DNA of 64,000 nt from Candidatus Micrarchaeota archaeon (GTDB lineage: Archaea; Micrarchaeota; Micrarchaeia; Anstonellales; Bilamarchaeaceae), in assembly GCA_040757035.1 (NCBI GenBank), contig JBFLYM010000003.1, positions 1,079 through 65,078 of the forward strand, written 5' to 3'. Numbering within the stretch: position 1 is the stretch's first letter; each line of letters opens with the position of its first letter. This document shows, piece after piece, positions 22,994 through 33,165 of the stretch. The translations under genes and the position numbers were made by a program. Below the pieces are notes generated by a model. The model saw only the letters and a list, made by a program, of their open reading frames with translations, made no database searches and was not told the origin of the DNA.

Positions 22994-23865
22994 AACAACC
23001 CTCTCTTTTTTTCACTTATTTCTCCATTTTCCGCAAGTATATTAAGAGCAACGAGCGTTGGTTCGTGTTCAAAATTGATTGCCGCTGCGATTTCGTCAAT
23101 ATGCATTTCGGTTTTTTCCCCTATCATAACCGACTTTATTTTTTCGTAAGCTTGATGAACAAATTTATTGGTGGCGATATAAAATTTACCGTCAAATGCG
23201 CGCACGCCTTTTATATTTTGCGCGACTCCGATTCTTTTTAAATCAGATGAAAACTGTTCCGCATCGCGCGGATTTGAGAGAATGAGCCAACCATTTCTTA
23301 ACAATTCAGAATAGGTTGGTAGAACCGCTGTTGATGGTGTTGTTTGCGGCGCGCTTTTTTGCATATTTTTTTGTATTTGCGCGTCTTTAGTTTGTGGTTC
23401 ACCGTACGGCGTTACTGATGCATGCTCTTCCTCCTGATTTATAAGCGGATAGATATCATCCTTTATATTATACACTCCTGTTTTTTGATATTTTTTTCCA
23501 TAAAATATTTTGACAAATCCTTTTTTCAGAAGTTGGCGCACTACATTTTGTTTTTCCTGCGAAAATAATTTCTCTATTTTTAGAGGTGTGCGATCAGCGA
23601 ACCTTATTTTCAAAAGTTCGCGTAAAACAACTTTCTCTGGTTCTGACAATTTTTTTTCAGATTTTTCAAGTTTTTTCTCAACTAATTTTTCCTGATTTTT
23701 TTCCTGATTCTGGTTTTGTGCACTTTCAAGAATTTTTTTAAGCGGAGAACAAATAAACCAAAAATTATCTTTGAGTTGGAAAAGCTCTATTTCATCGATT
23801 GTGCTAAATTGTGCTGGCAATTCAAGATATACCTTTTCATTTTTTTTAATTAATTTTATGTTCAT
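22981..23865 (-). CDS. Hypothetical protein
   Basis: Long ORF overlapping the start of the HD gene by 13 nt. No recognisable domain. Confidence 0.4.
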   Translation of the reverse strand: MNIKLIKKNEKVYLELPAQFSTIDEIELFQLKDNFWFICSPLKKILESAQNQNQEKNQEKLVEKKLEKSEKKLSEPEKVVLRELLKIRFADRTPLKIEKLFSQEKQNVVRQLLKKGFVKIFYGKKYQKTGVYNIKDDIYPLINQEEEHASVTPYGEPQTKDAQIQKNMQKSAPQTTPSTAVLPTYSELLRNGWLILSNPRDAEQFSSDLKRIGVAQNIKGVRAFDGKFYIATNKFVHQAYEKIKSVMIGEKTEMHIDEIAAAINFEHEPTLVALNILAENGEISEKKRGLFCLV

Positions 23866-23871
23866 GAGTTT

Positions 23872-24447
23872 CTATCCCTTTCTTTTCTCATCAAGAACAA
23901 TACCTTGGAACGCCTTTATGGTTACAGGCATTTTAGTCCATATGTTTTGAGGTAAACCTGCTTTTCTGCACAAATAACCTAGATAGGTTTTTTTATCCCA
24001 TTTTTCTTCTACTGGAACTTGAGGGAGAAGAAGCCCCCCATACATTCCATATTCTATAATAAGTCCATCACGACCTATTTCTATTTTTTTTAGCAATTCA
24101 TCAGGAGTGTTATAATTTATCTGCTCTGGAACAGTAAGAATTGTTATCTCTATTTCCAAATTATTTACTTCTTCTTTTTTTAATGGAGGAAATCTAAAAT
24201 CGTGAAATGCAGCATTTATTGCATTATCTGCAACCGCTTGTGCAATTGATTTTTCAGGAAGCGGATAGCCTATACAACCGCGAAGTTCCCCATTTGTTTT
24301 AAGAGTTACAAAAACTCCCATTTTTTTATTAAGTTTTTCCGGTACATTTACAGGATGATAGTACTTATCTTCGGTCAAAAAATACTGTACTATTGCTTTT
24401 CTAGCAAGCGAAAAAAGATAGTTCTTTTCGTATTCTGAAATTTCCAT
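23872..24447 (-). CDS. AMMECR1-domain protein
   Basis: …GVFVTLKTNGELRGCIGYP… AMMECR1 signature. Confidence 0.8.
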   Translation of the reverse strand: MEISEYEKNYLFSLARKAIVQYFLTEDKYYHPVNVPEKLNKKMGVFVTLKTNGELRGCIGYPLPEKSIAQAVADNAINAAFHDFRFPPLKKEEVNNLEIEITILTVPEQINYNTPDELLKKIEIGRDGLIIEYGMYGGLLLPQVPVEEKWDKKTYLGYLCRKAGLPQNIWTKMPVTIKAFQGIVLDEKRKG

Positions 24448-24476
24448 GAACAGATATAGATAAATAGATTATATAA

Positions 24477-24968
24477 TTGTATTGTATTAATAATTTCATG
24501 CTAAAATTTCTTCAAGCCCTTATTAGAATTGAAAAGCCTGCTACAGATCTAAGACAAGGAATATTTAATTCTATAAAAAATATAGCTCAGGGTGCGAATT
24601 TAAAAATTTCAGAAGAGCCAAACAAGCTCAAAATTATGAATAGTGAAAATGCGGTTGTTGTTATACAATTCGGCGGAAGAAGAGATTTTTACGAAATGAT
24701 GGAAGCATTAAACAGAGAATTAGCTGATTATAAAATAATAATCACAAGTTCAAATGTAAAAAGCATAAAAATAGGAGAAATAAAATGGATTCTCAATACT
24801 AGATATCAAACTAAGGATAAATGGCTTATAATTGATATTGAACATAAAGAGAACCCAAAAACAATTAATTTCATGCTTTACGAAATGAAGAATACAGGAC
24901 CAAATCAAAACGCTTCAAGAAGAAAAAAAATATATGGGACGCGTGGCGAGTACAAAAAACAGGATTAA
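24477..24968 (+). CDS. Hypothetical protein
   Basis: ORF only. Confidence 0.35.
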   Translation: MYCINNFMLKFLQALIRIEKPATDLRQGIFNSIKNIAQGANLKISEEPNKLKIMNSENAVVVIQFGGRRDFYEMMEALNRELADYKIIITSSNVKSIKIGEIKWILNTRYQTKDKWLIIDIEHKENPKTINFMLYEMKNTGPNQNASRRKKIYGTRGEYKKQD

Positions 24969-25004
24969 ATCGAGTTTTCATTTTATTTTTTCTTATTTGG
25001 TAAG

Positions 25005-25685
25005 TTATTTGACAACCGTTCCTGAATGCGCCTTTCCTTCAATCGCTTTTTTTACTTCATTTAAATTTTTTCCATTTATAAAATGCGCTTCTATCTTAGC
25101 GCGCGCAATTATTTTACATGCAAGTATATCAAAAACAAAGTTTGTACCTGCTTTTCTTGCGTCGTTTTTCGTTGCGAGCGCAATGAGTTCATCATAATTT
25201 AATTTTGAGTATTTTTTCGCATTCGCGTTTGCCTTTGGGTTACAATTATAAATTCCATCCACATTGCTTAAATTTATAAGTTTTTTCGCTCCGAGCGCAT
25301 CTGCCAAAAGCGCAGCGTCAGAATCTGTGGTTATTCCAGGAATCGTTCCACCCATCACTATTATCCTATATTTAGTTGCGGCTTCTTTTGCTTTGTTAAA
25401 ATCCGAAAATATAGTTGGACATGCTTCGCCCTTTAGCGCCAACGCAATAAGCACTGCATTTTGAAGCGTGCTTATTATTGCTATTTCATCAGCTTCAAAT
25501 TCGTTTGCGCCTAATTCGCGTGCGACTTGTGCATATGCTCTCGCACTTTTTCCCCCGCCAGTAACTATTGCAAACTTATTTTTACTATCCTTGATAAGTT
25601 TGGAGAATTTTTTTATAAATTCTACATTAGGACTGCCTCTTGAGTTTATTATTCCGCCTCCAAGTGAAATAACTATCCAATTCAT
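25005..25685 (-). CDS. pyrH: Uridylate (UMP) kinase, archaeal type
   Basis: …IVISLGGG…FAIVTGGGKSAR…MGGTIPGITTDSDAALLA… amino-acid kinase family. Confidence 0.85.
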   Translation of the reverse strand: MNWIVISLGGGIINSRGSPNVEFIKKFSKLIKDSKNKFAIVTGGGKSARAYAQVARELGANEFEADEIAIISTLQNAVLIALALKGEACPTIFSDFNKAKEAATKYRIIVMGGTIPGITTDSDAALLADALGAKKLINLSNVDGIYNCNPKANANAKKYSKLNYDELIALATKNDARKAGTNFVFDILACKIIARAKIEAHFINGKNLNEVKKAIEGKAHSGTVVK

Positions 25686-25836
25686 ACTATCAACAATTCA
25701 TACTACCAATTTATACTATCAACAAAACCAATTATAATACCTTCATAATTTAAATTTTACTTTCATAATTTATTTTACCTTTATAATTTAAATTCTTAAT
25801 TCTTATAGAATATAAATATCATGTATCTCGGATCAG

Positions 25837-26406
25837 ATGTTTGGTGATAACATGCTCAATATAAAAGAAATAGAAGAAAACTTGATTAAAAAAGAGGCGA
25901 TATTAGACGAACTCATAAAAAAAAATAGAGAAATTGTGCGCATTACAGCAAATTCTATAAAAGAGATGCATGCAGGAAACATTGACAACGCAAAGATTCT
26001 TCTTGAAAACGCAGAAGCCCAAATCAAAATACTTTCAGAGAAAGCACAGAACCATGATATGGGTATAAATCACAATATTAATCATATAATGCAGGAATAT
26101 GCAGAAGCGAAATTACTTTTTTTCGCAATAGAAAAAAAAGAACTCCCGAGCAGCACAGAGCTTGGCATAACCCCGGAAGCATACCTAAATGCGCTCTTGG
26201 ATTCAATAGGCGAGTTCAAGCGTGAAATGTATGAATCGCTCAGGAAAGGAAAGAAAGAAGATGCGTTATATTATTTTGAATTAATGGAAATTGTATACAA
26301 TGAACTTCTTCCGTTTAAGTTTTCCAATGCTCTGCTGCCAGATTTCCGCAGAAAGCAGGATGTAGCAAGAATACAAATAGAACAAGCACGCGGAGAATTA
26401 TTGTAA
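25837..26406 (+). CDS. Translin-like helical protein (tentative)
   Basis: All-helical ~190 aa. The C-terminal …ITPEAYLNALLDSIGEFKREMYESL…DFRRKQDVARIQIEQ resembles the translin family. Confidence 0.35.
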   Translation: MFGDNMLNIKEIEENLIKKEAILDELIKKNREIVRITANSIKEMHAGNIDNAKILLENAEAQIKILSEKAQNHDMGINHNINHIMQEYAEAKLLFFAIEKKELPSSTELGITPEAYLNALLDSIGEFKREMYESLRKGKKEDALYYFELMEIVYNELLPFKFSNALLPDFRRKQDVARIQIEQARGELL

Positions 26407-26428
26407 CAAGATATCATTCTTCTGAGCT

Positions 26429-26484
26429 AAATGCTCATAGGAGTGAGTATTTTTTGTAATAAATGCTCATTGCGATGAGTATTT
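26429..26484. promoter_or_regulatory. Two tandem imperfect palindromes (AAATGCTCAT-N5-ATGAGTATTT) upstream of the DUF4143 ATPase gene. Candidate operator
   Basis: Copies at 26429-26453 and 26461-26484, each an inverted repeat. They lie 26-80 bp upstream of the ATG at 26510. Confidence 0.4.
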
Positions 26485-26509
26485 ATTCTTGTTGGTCAAT
26501 ATTTAAGAT

Positions 26510-27694
26510 ATGACAGCTATTTCAATCCTTAAGGACCTTATAAGGGAGTATTCTGAAGAAATAGACAAAGCCTCAATCAAAAGCAGATGTGCGATGAATG
26601 AAGCTGAAAAGACCATGGTACTTGAAGAGGTGACTGTTCTCGTTGGCGTGCGTCGGAGTGGAAAGACCTTTATAATGTATGACCTTTCAAGGAAATGGCC
26701 TGGCCCATATCTGAACTTTGAAGACGAACGACTAGCAGACTTTGAGAGTGGGGATTTTGAGAAACTGCTTCAGATAGCTAAAGAAGAGAATTCCAAGGCC
26801 ATCTATCTAGACGAAATACAGAATGTCGCCAATTGGGAGAAATTCGCGCACAGAATCCACAGGCAAATCAAACTTGTAGTGTCAGGCTCAAATTCGTCTC
26901 TGTTGGCAGGTGACTATGCAACCGCACTAACAGGAAGGACTAGAACTGTTAATGTGTATCCCTTAAACTTCAAGGAATTCCTGCACTTCAAAGACGCTAC
27001 GCCGAACAGAGAATCTTTTGAGAAGTATCTTAGCTTAGGAGGTTTTCCAAGGGTAGTACTAACAGAAGAAAAGGAACTTGTAAAGGAATACTTTGAAGCA
27101 ATAATTAATCGCGACATAATTGCAAGAAATGCGCCAAAATATCCAGAAGCGCTGCGCAAGATCGCAATATATTTGCTTTCAAATGCAGGCAAACCATTTA
27201 CTTATCGGAGCATAGGTAGCGCGGTCAATCTGAAACACGAGATGACAACAAGGGAATATATCAGTTATATGAAACAAGCGTATCTCCTGGAATACCTCAC
27301 AAGATACGATCCCTCCCTAAAAAAACAGGAATCCTTTGAAAAGAAAGCCTATGGCGTGGATCATTCACTTGCGTATGTAGGTATGCGGTTGGATGATGAT
27401 CGAGGTAGGGTTTTTGAGAATGCCATGCTTTCGAATTTGAGGCAGCAGGGTACTATATTTTTTGCCAGAAATAGCGGTGAGACGGATTTTCTGATTACAG
27501 ATTCGCTAAAGCCAAAATGGGCGCTCAATGTATGCTATGAATTGTGTGGCGAACGCGAGGAACGTGAATTAGTCCCGCTTCGCGCATGGAAGGAGAAAAA
27601 CGTAAGAGCTACACTGGTTGTGGTATATCCTATGGCGAAGCAGCCTGAAGACATAGAGTTTCGTCTGGCGCATGAATTCCTTGCCTTGCTTTGA
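26510..27694 (+). CDS. AAA+ ATPase with a C-terminal DUF4143 domain (COG1373)
   Basis: Walker A VLVGVRRSGKTF, Walker B IYLDEIQ, and a C-terminal DUF4143-like region. Confidence 0.7.
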   Translation: MTAISILKDLIREYSEEIDKASIKSRCAMNEAEKTMVLEEVTVLVGVRRSGKTFIMYDLSRKWPGPYLNFEDERLADFESGDFEKLLQIAKEENSKAIYLDEIQNVANWEKFAHRIHRQIKLVVSGSNSSLLAGDYATALTGRTRTVNVYPLNFKEFLHFKDATPNRESFEKYLSLGGFPRVVLTEEKELVKEYFEAIINRDIIARNAPKYPEALRKIAIYLLSNAGKPFTYRSIGSAVNLKHEMTTREYISYMKQAYLLEYLTRYDPSLKKQESFEKKAYGVDHSLAYVGMRLDDDRGRVFENAMLSNLRQQGTIFFARNSGETDFLITDSLKPKWALNVCYELCGEREERELVPLRAWKEKNVRATLVVVYPMAKQPEDIEFRLAHEFLALL

Positions 27695-27727
27695 CTTCTG
27701 GATGAAAAGGTTAAAAACTGATGTTTT

Positions 27728-28843
27728 TTAGTGGATCGGTATAATTGCAAAAGTCAGATCTTCAATGGTTGCATTAGTCTTTATACTTTTCTCGCAAAAA
27801 TGAGTTCGTGAAGCTTTAAATCCCTTCTTCTTTAGTTTCGCAATAAGTTCATTAATTTTTGGAACTCTTGGGTATTTTTTTCTTTTGCAGATATTGTTTA
27901 GATTAAAATAAAACAACGGCATGCCGACTTCTCCAATAAGCAAATTCAATGTTTTTTCTAGTTCAATTTTATCAGAATAATTCCGTTCTGCGTTTATTTT
28001 TTTCATTTTTACCAAAAATTTTTTTTCATGGAGTTCGCCGAGCCAAAGAGGGCCTGCATAATCCATATTTTTTTTACAATTTGCGCAAACTCTATTTGGA
28101 AACTTTGCTGTTTCTCTGTAACCGCAATGAAAACAAAAAGAAACATAGCCGACTAAGTCTGGAATTTCAGATGCTTTTTGGGCAGAGCGCGAAATCTTCA
28201 GCAAAACTTTAATGTAGTGCCTGTCTGAAAGCGAATAAAGCGGCATAATACCGAAATCAAATTGAGAGGCAAAATCGCTTATTTTTTTAAGCAAAATTCT
28301 TGTTCCGGTTTCATGCGTAAATTCATTTCTTAAATTTTTTGCCCCATATTTTTTCCTACATGCGCGAGCGTTCTCTCCACAAAGCACAGCAACATCTGTA
28401 GCGCAGATCGAAAGGTAGCCGCTTTTTCTCTTTCTGAATGAATAAAACGCGTTATTCAAATAAGGGACAGGGGACCCAAAAGGATCAATTTCTACAAGAT
28501 CAAATTCATTCTTTAATTCATTTTTTATTACAAATTCATTAAAATCAAAATTATAAACTTCAGCGGTGTTAATATTTTCAAGTTTGTTATATCTGATGTT
28601 CTTTTTGATTATTTTTGGTGCGATTTTCCATATATCCAAAAAGGTTATTTTTTTTATGTTTTTGTTTTCCGTTGCGTATCGCAGTCCTCTGATTCCTGAA
28701 GCTGCAAATCCGTCCAAAACACAAATATCTTTTTCTATTGCGCCGAGCGAAAGCGAACCGAAACTCCGGTTAAATCTCATTTCAGGATTGTAAAAAAGTT
28801 TATCGGTTTCAAATTTTATTTTTTCTTCTAACATTTTACTCAC
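27728..28843 (-). CDS. trm1: tRNA (guanine26-N2)-dimethyltransferase Trm1
   Basis: …FYNPEMRFNR…VLDGFAASGIRGLRYA… and a Cys cluster, typical of Trm1. Confidence 0.8.
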   Translation of the reverse strand: MSKMLEEKIKFETDKLFYNPEMRFNRSFGSLSLGAIEKDICVLDGFAASGIRGLRYATENKNIKKITFLDIWKIAPKIIKKNIRYNKLENINTAEVYNFDFNEFVIKNELKNEFDLVEIDPFGSPVPYLNNAFYSFRKRKSGYLSICATDVAVLCGENARACRKKYGAKNLRNEFTHETGTRILLKKISDFASQFDFGIMPLYSLSDRHYIKVLLKISRSAQKASEIPDLVGYVSFCFHCGYRETAKFPNRVCANCKKNMDYAGPLWLGELHEKKFLVKMKKINAERNYSDKIELEKTLNLLIGEVGMPLFYFNLNNICKRKKYPRVPKINELIAKLKKKGFKASRTHFCEKSIKTNATIEDLTFAIIPIH

Positions 28844-30065
28844 ACCGTATTGGTTTAAGATTAACGAACTCCCTTAACGCGGAAGTTGCGTAGCTTCCTG
28901 AAGGCAGAGAGAACCTGAAAACATCTTCTTTGAAACAAAAATCTTTAAGCGGTGCAAGAAGCGTGCGATAGGTTCCTTTTGAATTAATTTCTGGCAAGGC
29001 CTTTATTCTAAAATCTGTTTTTCTTATGTTAAAACGCTCAAGAATTCCGCTCTCGCGTTCGTTTAATTCGCTCTGATACCCTATGATCTTGCCAGCAATC
29101 CATTTATTATCTATGTTTTTCACAGTCTTTTTTTCCAAATCCGGAAATCCGAATTTCTCACCGCAATAATATTCCCCTTCTTCAAGTTTTAGTTTGTCGA
29201 TTTTTGATTCGCCTTCGCAAAGCCGCTCAGAAAGCATGATGTTGAATATATAAGACTGGAACGCATGAACAAATAAAAGTAAGATTTGCCTTGGAAGTTT
29301 TCTGAGCGCGCCGCCATAATCATTCGGATATTTGGCGAGATGCAACAACATTAATCGTTCCAATTTCAGATGTTTCGGAAAATAAGCGAGCGCTTTTTTG
29401 TAATCGCGTTCCTCGCAAAGTTGTTTTCTTGCTTCGATTGCGTACGCATTTGTTTCATTGGTATAATCCATTAAGTACATTTCAACCGCGCTTCTTAATT
29501 CGCTTCTTAACACCGCTTCTCCTATTTTATGAGTGTTCTCTCTAGTTCCGCCAAAGCGCTGCGGTCCGAAATAATTTGGAAATTTTCCATTGAGTTCCGA
29601 GAACGCTTCGCTTATTTTTTTTTCGTTGATTTTTTCCGAAATTTTTATTTTGAATCTATTTCCTAATAGCGTTCCTAATTCTACTTTTTTCTTGGAATTC
29701 CAAGCGCCGAGTATTTTCATTCCGCTTATTTTTAAATCGACGATGCTTTCTTTTTTTATTCCAAATGCTGACATAAGTTGAGTTGTAATTGCGCGCTTAT
29801 CTTTTGTGCCGGCATAATTTATCCGCTTTGGAGATATGTGCAGGCAAGAAGCGATTTTTCGCGTTGCATCCGTAGTGCTCCAATTCTCTTTTTGCAAAAC
29901 AAAATGTACGAATTGACTTCCGTTATTCGCGCGTTTGATTTGTTTATTGCATTCCAAAATAGTTCCATCTTCCATTATTTCTTCAACTATAAAATCGGAC
30001 ACCTCTTGTTTTATTGCGCAATCTATTTGCTTAGGTTTTGAGGAGAGATAATTTAGCATAAACAT
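28836..30065 (-). CDS. truD: tRNA pseudouridine synthase TruD/Pus7
   Basis: …NYAGTKDKRAITTQ… TruD catalytic motif. It overlaps the trm1 start by 8 nt. Confidence 0.8.
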   Translation of the reverse strand: MFMLNYLSSKPKQIDCAIKQEVSDFIVEEIMEDGTILECNKQIKRANNGSQFVHFVLQKENWSTTDATRKIASCLHISPKRINYAGTKDKRAITTQLMSAFGIKKESIVDLKISGMKILGAWNSKKKVELGTLLGNRFKIKISEKINEKKISEAFSELNGKFPNYFGPQRFGGTRENTHKIGEAVLRSELRSAVEMYLMDYTNETNAYAIEARKQLCEERDYKKALAYFPKHLKLERLMLLHLAKYPNDYGGALRKLPRQILLLFVHAFQSYIFNIMLSERLCEGESKIDKLKLEEGEYYCGEKFGFPDLEKKTVKNIDNKWIAGKIIGYQSELNERESGILERFNIRKTDFRIKALPEINSKGTYRTLLAPLKDFCFKEDVFRFSLPSGSYATSALREFVNLKPIRCE

Positions 30066-31502
30066 TCAACATTCGCCAAACAGCGTCCCATTTTCTGCGC
30101 ACACTATTTTTACCGTAACAATTTTTCCCAGCAATTTTTTATTTCCGCGAACTACAACTTGCCGATAATTCTGCATTCTTCCTTTCATCTGATTCCGCAA
30201 TCCTACTTCGGTTATAAGGACCGGAACCTTCCTTCCAACAAATTTTTCCGCGTTCTTGTAAACGATTTGTTTTGCGAGTTTGGCCATTTCGCTTGTTCTT
30301 TTTTTCGCAATTCTACTTTCAATCTGCGCAAGATTTTCCGCTTCTGTTCCGTGACGGGGCGTAAACCGAGAGATATTAATGACATCTGGTTTTACGCGCA
30401 AAATCATTTCTGAAGTAAGTTCGTAATCCTCTTCGCTCTCGGTTGGATAGGCCGTTATAATGTCAGTTGCGATTGAAATATCTGGAATGTTTTCGCGAAA
30501 TTCAGCAACACAATGTTCAAAATCCTTAACACTATGAGTTCTTTTCATTTCTTTGCATATCTTCTCGCTTCCGGTTTGCACCGGCATATGCAAAAATTTG
30601 TACATCTTTTCATCGTTAAACAGTTTTATCAGTTCAATGCACATTGCTTTCACGTGATTTGGATTTGTCATTCCGAGTCTTAGTTTGAAAGGACTTTTTA
30701 TCCTTACGATATCTTTAAGAAGCGAAATTAGGTTCGTTTTGATATCAATTCCATACGCACCACTATCCATTCCAGTGAGTTGGATTTCTTTTGTACTTTT
30801 TCTCTGTTGTTTATTTTGCCCGCATTGTACGGCAAGCTCAATCAATCTGACGATTTCTTTTTTTGGATAGCTCATTAGAAATGGTCTCGCAAATTTGGTT
30901 TGACAGAACGTACATTTACCTACACATCCTTCTTGTATCGGAATTCGGATTATGGGAAAAGTAAAAATTCGCGGGAGAGAAAATTTTTGTTTGTACTCCT
31001 TAAAGAATACACCTTTCTGCCAGCCTTCCTGCTCGTCCTTCCGCTCGCTTTCTTGTTCGCCTTTGCACTCACCCTCCTGCTTGCTATTCTGCTCAGACAG
31101 CGCGCTCTCTCTACTCTGCCCATATTGTTCGGTTAATGCAAGTTTTACTGCATCTCCAATTCTGTTTATTGCTCCAGGTCCAACAACAGGCGCGCGCTGA
31201 GCGATTTTTCTAATTTTATCTATATTCGCAGAAAGACAGCCAGCAATAATTATATTCTTGCCCAATTTCTTCAATCGTTTGATTTCCTCAAAAATTTTGT
31301 TTTCTGTTGCGCCCTTTACAGTACATGTATTAAGTACAATTGCATGCGCATTTTTTTCGCTCGATACCAATTTGTAGCCATTATTTTTCAAAAGCGCGCG
31401 CATTATATCGCTGTCGCTTTGGTTGAGCGTGCATCCCCAAGTGCGAATGAATATCTTATATTTAGACTTAGATTCAAGCTTAGATTTGTTATATTCGAAC
31501 AT
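30066..31502 (-). CDS. Radical-SAM methylthiotransferase (MiaB/MtaB/CDKAL1 family; t6A37 methylthiotransferase-like)
   Basis: N-terminal MTTase Cys triad (…TWGCTLNQSD…NTCTV…AGCL…), radical SAM CVGKCTFCQ, and a TRAM-like C-terminus. Carries an acidic low-complexity insert. Confidence 0.8.
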   Translation of the reverse strand: MFEYNKSKLESKSKYKIFIRTWGCTLNQSDSDIMRALLKNNGYKLVSSEKNAHAIVLNTCTVKGATENKIFEEIKRLKKLGKNIIIAGCLSANIDKIRKIAQRAPVVGPGAINRIGDAVKLALTEQYGQSRESALSEQNSKQEGECKGEQESERKDEQEGWQKGVFFKEYKQKFSLPRIFTFPIIRIPIQEGCVGKCTFCQTKFARPFLMSYPKKEIVRLIELAVQCGQNKQQRKSTKEIQLTGMDSGAYGIDIKTNLISLLKDIVRIKSPFKLRLGMTNPNHVKAMCIELIKLFNDEKMYKFLHMPVQTGSEKICKEMKRTHSVKDFEHCVAEFRENIPDISIATDIITAYPTESEEDYELTSEMILRVKPDVINISRFTPRHGTEAENLAQIESRIAKKRTSEMAKLAKQIVYKNAEKFVGRKVPVLITEVGLRNQMKGRMQNYRQVVVRGNKKLLGKIVTVKIVCAENGTLFGEC

Positions 31503-31607
31503 GTTTGTTATACTCAGACTTAGATTTGTTGTATTCCATATTTGTTGCGGACATATTTGTTGTATTCTGATTGTTGTATTCTGATATTTTATTATACCCG
31601 GCCTAAA

Positions 31608-33008
31608 TTATTTGTTCTTCGTAATTATTTCAAGAGTTTCGTGTTTTTTGCTTACGTTTCCGAGTTTCATTCCAATCATAAGCGTAACTCCTTTTTGCAT
31701 TGCAACGTCCACTAATCTTTGAGTGATTATTCCGTCAAAAATTATAGTTTTGACTCCTTCAGTTTCTGTTATAGACCTAAGCACATCTCTTACAGGAACC
31801 TCTTTTATAAGTGTGCCATCCTCAGAATAAAACCTTGCTTTAAGAGTGTTGTTGAGTTCGTTGAGTTCAAGCATAAGTTCATCTTTGCTCTTTTTTATAT
31901 CTAGTTTCAAAGTTTTGTGTTGCGAAGCAATCTGATGGCCAAGGTCTATGATTTGATCAACACGTTCATCAATCACATGCTTTATAGATTGTACGGAAGA
32001 TGTTTTTGACTCGGGTTTCAATTCAGATTTTGATTCAGATTTCAATGATTCGGCTTCTTTTCTTATCTGAGGAAGTGTTTTTTGCGCATATTCTTCCAAT
32101 TGTTCATTATAAGTGGCTATTTGCTGTCCTATTACACTCATTTTCGGAGTTTGATATGGTATCGCAAATGGTTTTGCTTTAACATCTTCAATCTGTTCAA
32201 AAGGAATCTTGCTTCTAAGTAGTTTTATTATTTCTTTTCGAGTAAGTTCTTCTACTTCTTTCCCGGCAGGCGCGCGCGCAACGAAATCAATTTCAACTCC
32301 TCCATGTATGAGCGCGTTCAGAATTATATCCCCACCACGATCGCCATCTAAAAACGCTATAACTTCTTTTTCGCGGGAAAGTTCAACTATTGTTTTAGGA
32401 ACTTTTGCTCCGCCGATTGAGATCACATTTGTGAAGTCGTTTTTAATCATATTTATTACGTCTGCTCTTCCTTCCACCAAAATTATTTCATTTAACTTAT
32501 TTATAAGAGGACCAGAACAAAGTTTATCCGGGCCATATTCTATAACCTCGGCAATTTTGACTTGTTCGCGTACCAAATCGCCTATTTCTTTGCTTTCAGG
32601 AATCTCGGTGTTAAGCATATTTTTAAGTAGAACCTTCGCGCGATCTACGAGTATTTTTCTTTTTTGATTCCGCGTATCTTCGATTTTCTGCACTCTCATT
32701 TTTCCTTCGCACGGTCCAACTCTGTCAACCGCTTCAAGCGAAGCAGCAATTATTGAAGTTTCCACCATGTCTAAACTACTTGGTATTTTGATTATGCCAA
32801 ATGTTTTTCCATTTTTTATATTAAGATCAACTTCGATTCTCCCTATTCTACCATTCTTTTGCAAATCTCGTAAATCTAAATCATCACCAAGAAGCCCTTC
32901 TGTTTGTCCAAATATTGCTCCAACTACATCTGGCTTATCCACAAGACCATCTATTTCAATCTCTGTATATATAAGATATTTCACTGTGTCAATGTATGTT
33001 TTTCCCAT
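31608..33008 (-). CDS. dnaG: Archaeal DnaG-type primase (TOPRIM)
   Basis: MGKTYIDTVKYLIYTEIEIDGLVDKPDVVGAIFGQTEGLLG… conserved N-terminus. TOPRIM …ILVEGRADV…DGDRGGD. Confidence 0.85.
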   Translation of the reverse strand: MGKTYIDTVKYLIYTEIEIDGLVDKPDVVGAIFGQTEGLLGDDLDLRDLQKNGRIGRIEVDLNIKNGKTFGIIKIPSSLDMVETSIIAASLEAVDRVGPCEGKMRVQKIEDTRNQKRKILVDRAKVLLKNMLNTEIPESKEIGDLVREQVKIAEVIEYGPDKLCSGPLINKLNEIILVEGRADVINMIKNDFTNVISIGGAKVPKTIVELSREKEVIAFLDGDRGGDIILNALIHGGVEIDFVARAPAGKEVEELTRKEIIKLLRSKIPFEQIEDVKAKPFAIPYQTPKMSVIGQQIATYNEQLEEYAQKTLPQIRKEAESLKSESKSELKPESKTSSVQSIKHVIDERVDQIIDLGHQIASQHKTLKLDIKKSKDELMLELNELNNTLKARFYSEDGTLIKEVPVRDVLRSITETEGVKTIIFDGIITQRLVDVAMQKGVTLMIGMKLGNVSKKHETLEIITKNK

Positions 33009-33165
33009 ATTTATCTCCCTTTTTTTGTTTTTTATGCGATTATTACAATTCTTAGTTTGATTTTAGTTTGATTGGGGTAGTGTCAGAAAAATTAGTAGGA
33101 AAAACTGTGTACTGTTGACCGATTTTTCATCGCTTAAAGCTCTGACGGCCATCCGTACACAGTCA

